The translations under genes and the position numbers were made by a program. Below are positions 14,265-15,578 of a stretch of 15,578 nucleotides of DNA, one piece after another (position 1 is the first letter of the stretch; each line of letters opens with the position of its first letter). The notes under the pieces were generated by a model. The model saw only the letters and a program-made list of their open reading frames with translations. It did no database searches and was not told the DNA's origin. The stretch is from positions 1 to 15,578 of IMG/VR virus record IMGVR_UViG_2534682222_000014; one strand, given 5' to 3'. The stretch is from a virus. Its lineage: Duplodnaviria > Heunggongvirae > Uroviricota > Caudoviricetes.

Positions 14265-15578
14265 ATGGATAAAGTCACATATCCAACAGGCGTCGAAAAC
14301 CACGGTGGCACATTACGCATCTGGTTTAATTTTAAAGGTAAGCGTGTCAGGGAAAGTCTCGGTGTCCCTGACACCGCTAAGAACAGAAAGGTAGCCGGGG
14401 AACTGCGGACATCAGTATGTTTTGCCATCCGCACAGGAACCTTTGATTATGCAACCCAGTTTCCTGACTCCCCTAACCTCAAGGCTTTTGGTGTAAGTAA
14501 AAAAGACATTACAGTGAAAGAACTTGAAGAAAAATGGCTGGATCTGAAACGGATGGAAATCTGCGCGAACGCATTCAATCGCTATGAATCTGTCGCAAGG
14601 AATATGGTGCCGAGGATCGGAGGTAATCGCCTGGTGTCAGCAGTAACCAAAGAGGAATTGCTGTATCTTAGGAAAGATTTGCTAACTGGTTATCAGAGTC
14701 CGACGAAAAATAAAGCCCCGGCAAAAGGGCGAAGCGTTGTTACTGTGAACTATTACATGACGACAATGGCCGGAATGTTTCAGTTTGCTGCGGATCACGG
14801 TTACTTAGAGGTGAACCCATTCGAGGGAATTAAACCTCTGAAAAAAGCCAGGGCAGAACCAGATCCTCTGTCTCGTGATGAATTTATTCGCCTGATAGAT
14901 GCATGCCGGCATCAGCAGACGAAAAACCTGTGGTCATTAGCAGTGTACACAGGAATGCGTCACGGGGAACTGGTCTCCCTGGCCTGGGAAGATATCGACC
15001 TGAAGGCGGGAACAATTACCGTCAGGCGTAATTATACGAAACTTGGTGAGTTCACTCTACCGAAAACCGAGGCAAGTACAGATCGAGTGGTGCATCTTAT
15101 CCAGCCCGCAATCAGTATCCTGAAAAATCAGGCTGAAATGACAAGGCTGGGCAGGCAATATCACATTGAAGTGCAGTTACGTGAGTACGGTCGTTCGGTG
15201 AACCATGAGTGTACATTCGTCTTTAACCCGCATGTGGTCAGACGCAGTAAGCAGGTCGGATTTATCTACCGGGTCGATTCAGTAGGCGACTCATGGGAAG
15301 CTGCACTAAAGCGCGCGGGGATCAGACACAGAAAGGCGTACCAGTCACGACATACCTATGCGTGCTGGTCATTATCTGCTGGTGCAAACCCGAGTTTTAT
15401 TGCCAGTCAGATGGGGCATGCGAGCGCGCAGATGGTGTTCAATGTTTACGGTGCATGGATGGCTGACAGCAGCGCAGAGCAGATCGCAATGCTGAATCAG
15501 AAGCTGGCAGATTTTGCCCCATTGATGCCCCATAGCCACGAGAGCAGTACGGGAGGATTATTAAAATCAGTAAGTTAA
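14265..15578 (+). CDS. int: Tyrosine site-specific integrase (IntR/DLP12-type N-terminal arm-binding domain)
   Basis: 437 aa, GGAGGT RBS. N-terminus TGVENHGGTLRIWFNFKGKRVRESLG...GTFDYATQFPDS matches Rac/DLP12-type integrases. C-terminal catalytic region shows R...HxxR...Y-context (RHTYACW, GHASAQMVFNVYGAW). Stop TAA at 15576-15578. Confidence 0.9.
   Translation: MDKVTYPTGVENHGGTLRIWFNFKGKRVRESLGVPDTAKNRKVAGELRTSVCFAIRTGTFDYATQFPDSPNLKAFGVSKKDITVKELEEKWLDLKRMEICANAFNRYESVARNMVPRIGGNRLVSAVTKEELLYLRKDLLTGYQSPTKNKAPAKGRSVVTVNYYMTTMAGMFQFAADHGYLEVNPFEGIKPLKKARAEPDPLSRDEFIRLIDACRHQQTKNLWSLAVYTGMRHGELVSLAWEDIDLKAGTITVRRNYTKLGEFTLPKTEASTDRVVHLIQPAISILKNQAEMTRLGRQYHIEVQLREYGRSVNHECTFVFNPHVVRRSKQVGFIYRVDSVGDSWEAALKRAGIRHRKAYQSRHTYACWSLSAGANPSFIASQMGHASAQMVFNVYGAWMADSSAEQIAMLNQKLADFAPLMPHSHESSTGGLLKSVS

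Larger units (their letters stand above)
1..15578. mobile_element. Lambdoid prophage segment (lysis start, Q, nin-like region, replication, immunity, early-left operon, xis, int); late genes leftward, int at right edge
   Basis: Gene order and content typical of lambda/P22-like phages: integrase and excisionase at one end, cI/cro divergent pair, O-like initiator, RusA, Q, holin-like proteins. Window ends at the int stop codon, so the attachment site is expected just beyond 15578. Confidence 0.85.

Noticed and set aside
12612-14434. Minus-strand ORFs 12612-12989, 13017-13280, 13473-13697, 13903-14265, 14055-14303 and 14180-14434
   Set aside because: Each is antisense to a plus-strand gene with good RBS, coupling and motifs (acidic protein, exonuclease, xis, int); none has translation signals.
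1-15578. CRISPR arrays, tRNA/rRNA genes, IS elements
   Set aside because: No regularly spaced repeat-spacer structure, no cloverleaf-like tRNA candidates and no transposase-like ORF or terminal inverted repeats were seen by eye. The only tandem repeats are the 15-bp iterons inside the initiator gene.

Overview
The window is a nearly complete regulatory and early half of a lambdoid (lambda/P22-like) enterobacterial prophage, oriented with late genes running leftward. Reading left to right: start of the lysis cassette (two small multi-TM proteins), an AT-rich moron bracketed by two intrinsic terminators, antiterminator Q, a nin-like block (YdfU-like DUF968 protein, Rha antirepressor, RusA resolvase, Dam-type methyltransferase fusion), an O-like replication initiator with an internal iteron array, a small gene overlapping its start, a CII-like gene, cro, divergent operator/promoter region, an S24-peptidase cI repressor with terminator, a pL-like promoter, about 1 kb of poorly coding sequence, then an early-left operon (RdgC, HD hydrolase, Ea22-like, HNH, DEDDh exonuclease and small proteins), excisionase and tyrosine integrase ending at the window edge. 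No Red or RecET recombinase and no P/DnaC-like helicase loader are visible. The best candidates for undescribed biology are the terminator-bracketed moron (744-1280) and the region between the cI terminator and rdgC (about 8400-9444), which holds a convergent overlapping small-ORF pair, GTAC-centred repeats and a long hairpin with a T-run. All family assignments are from motif recognition by eye, not from searches.
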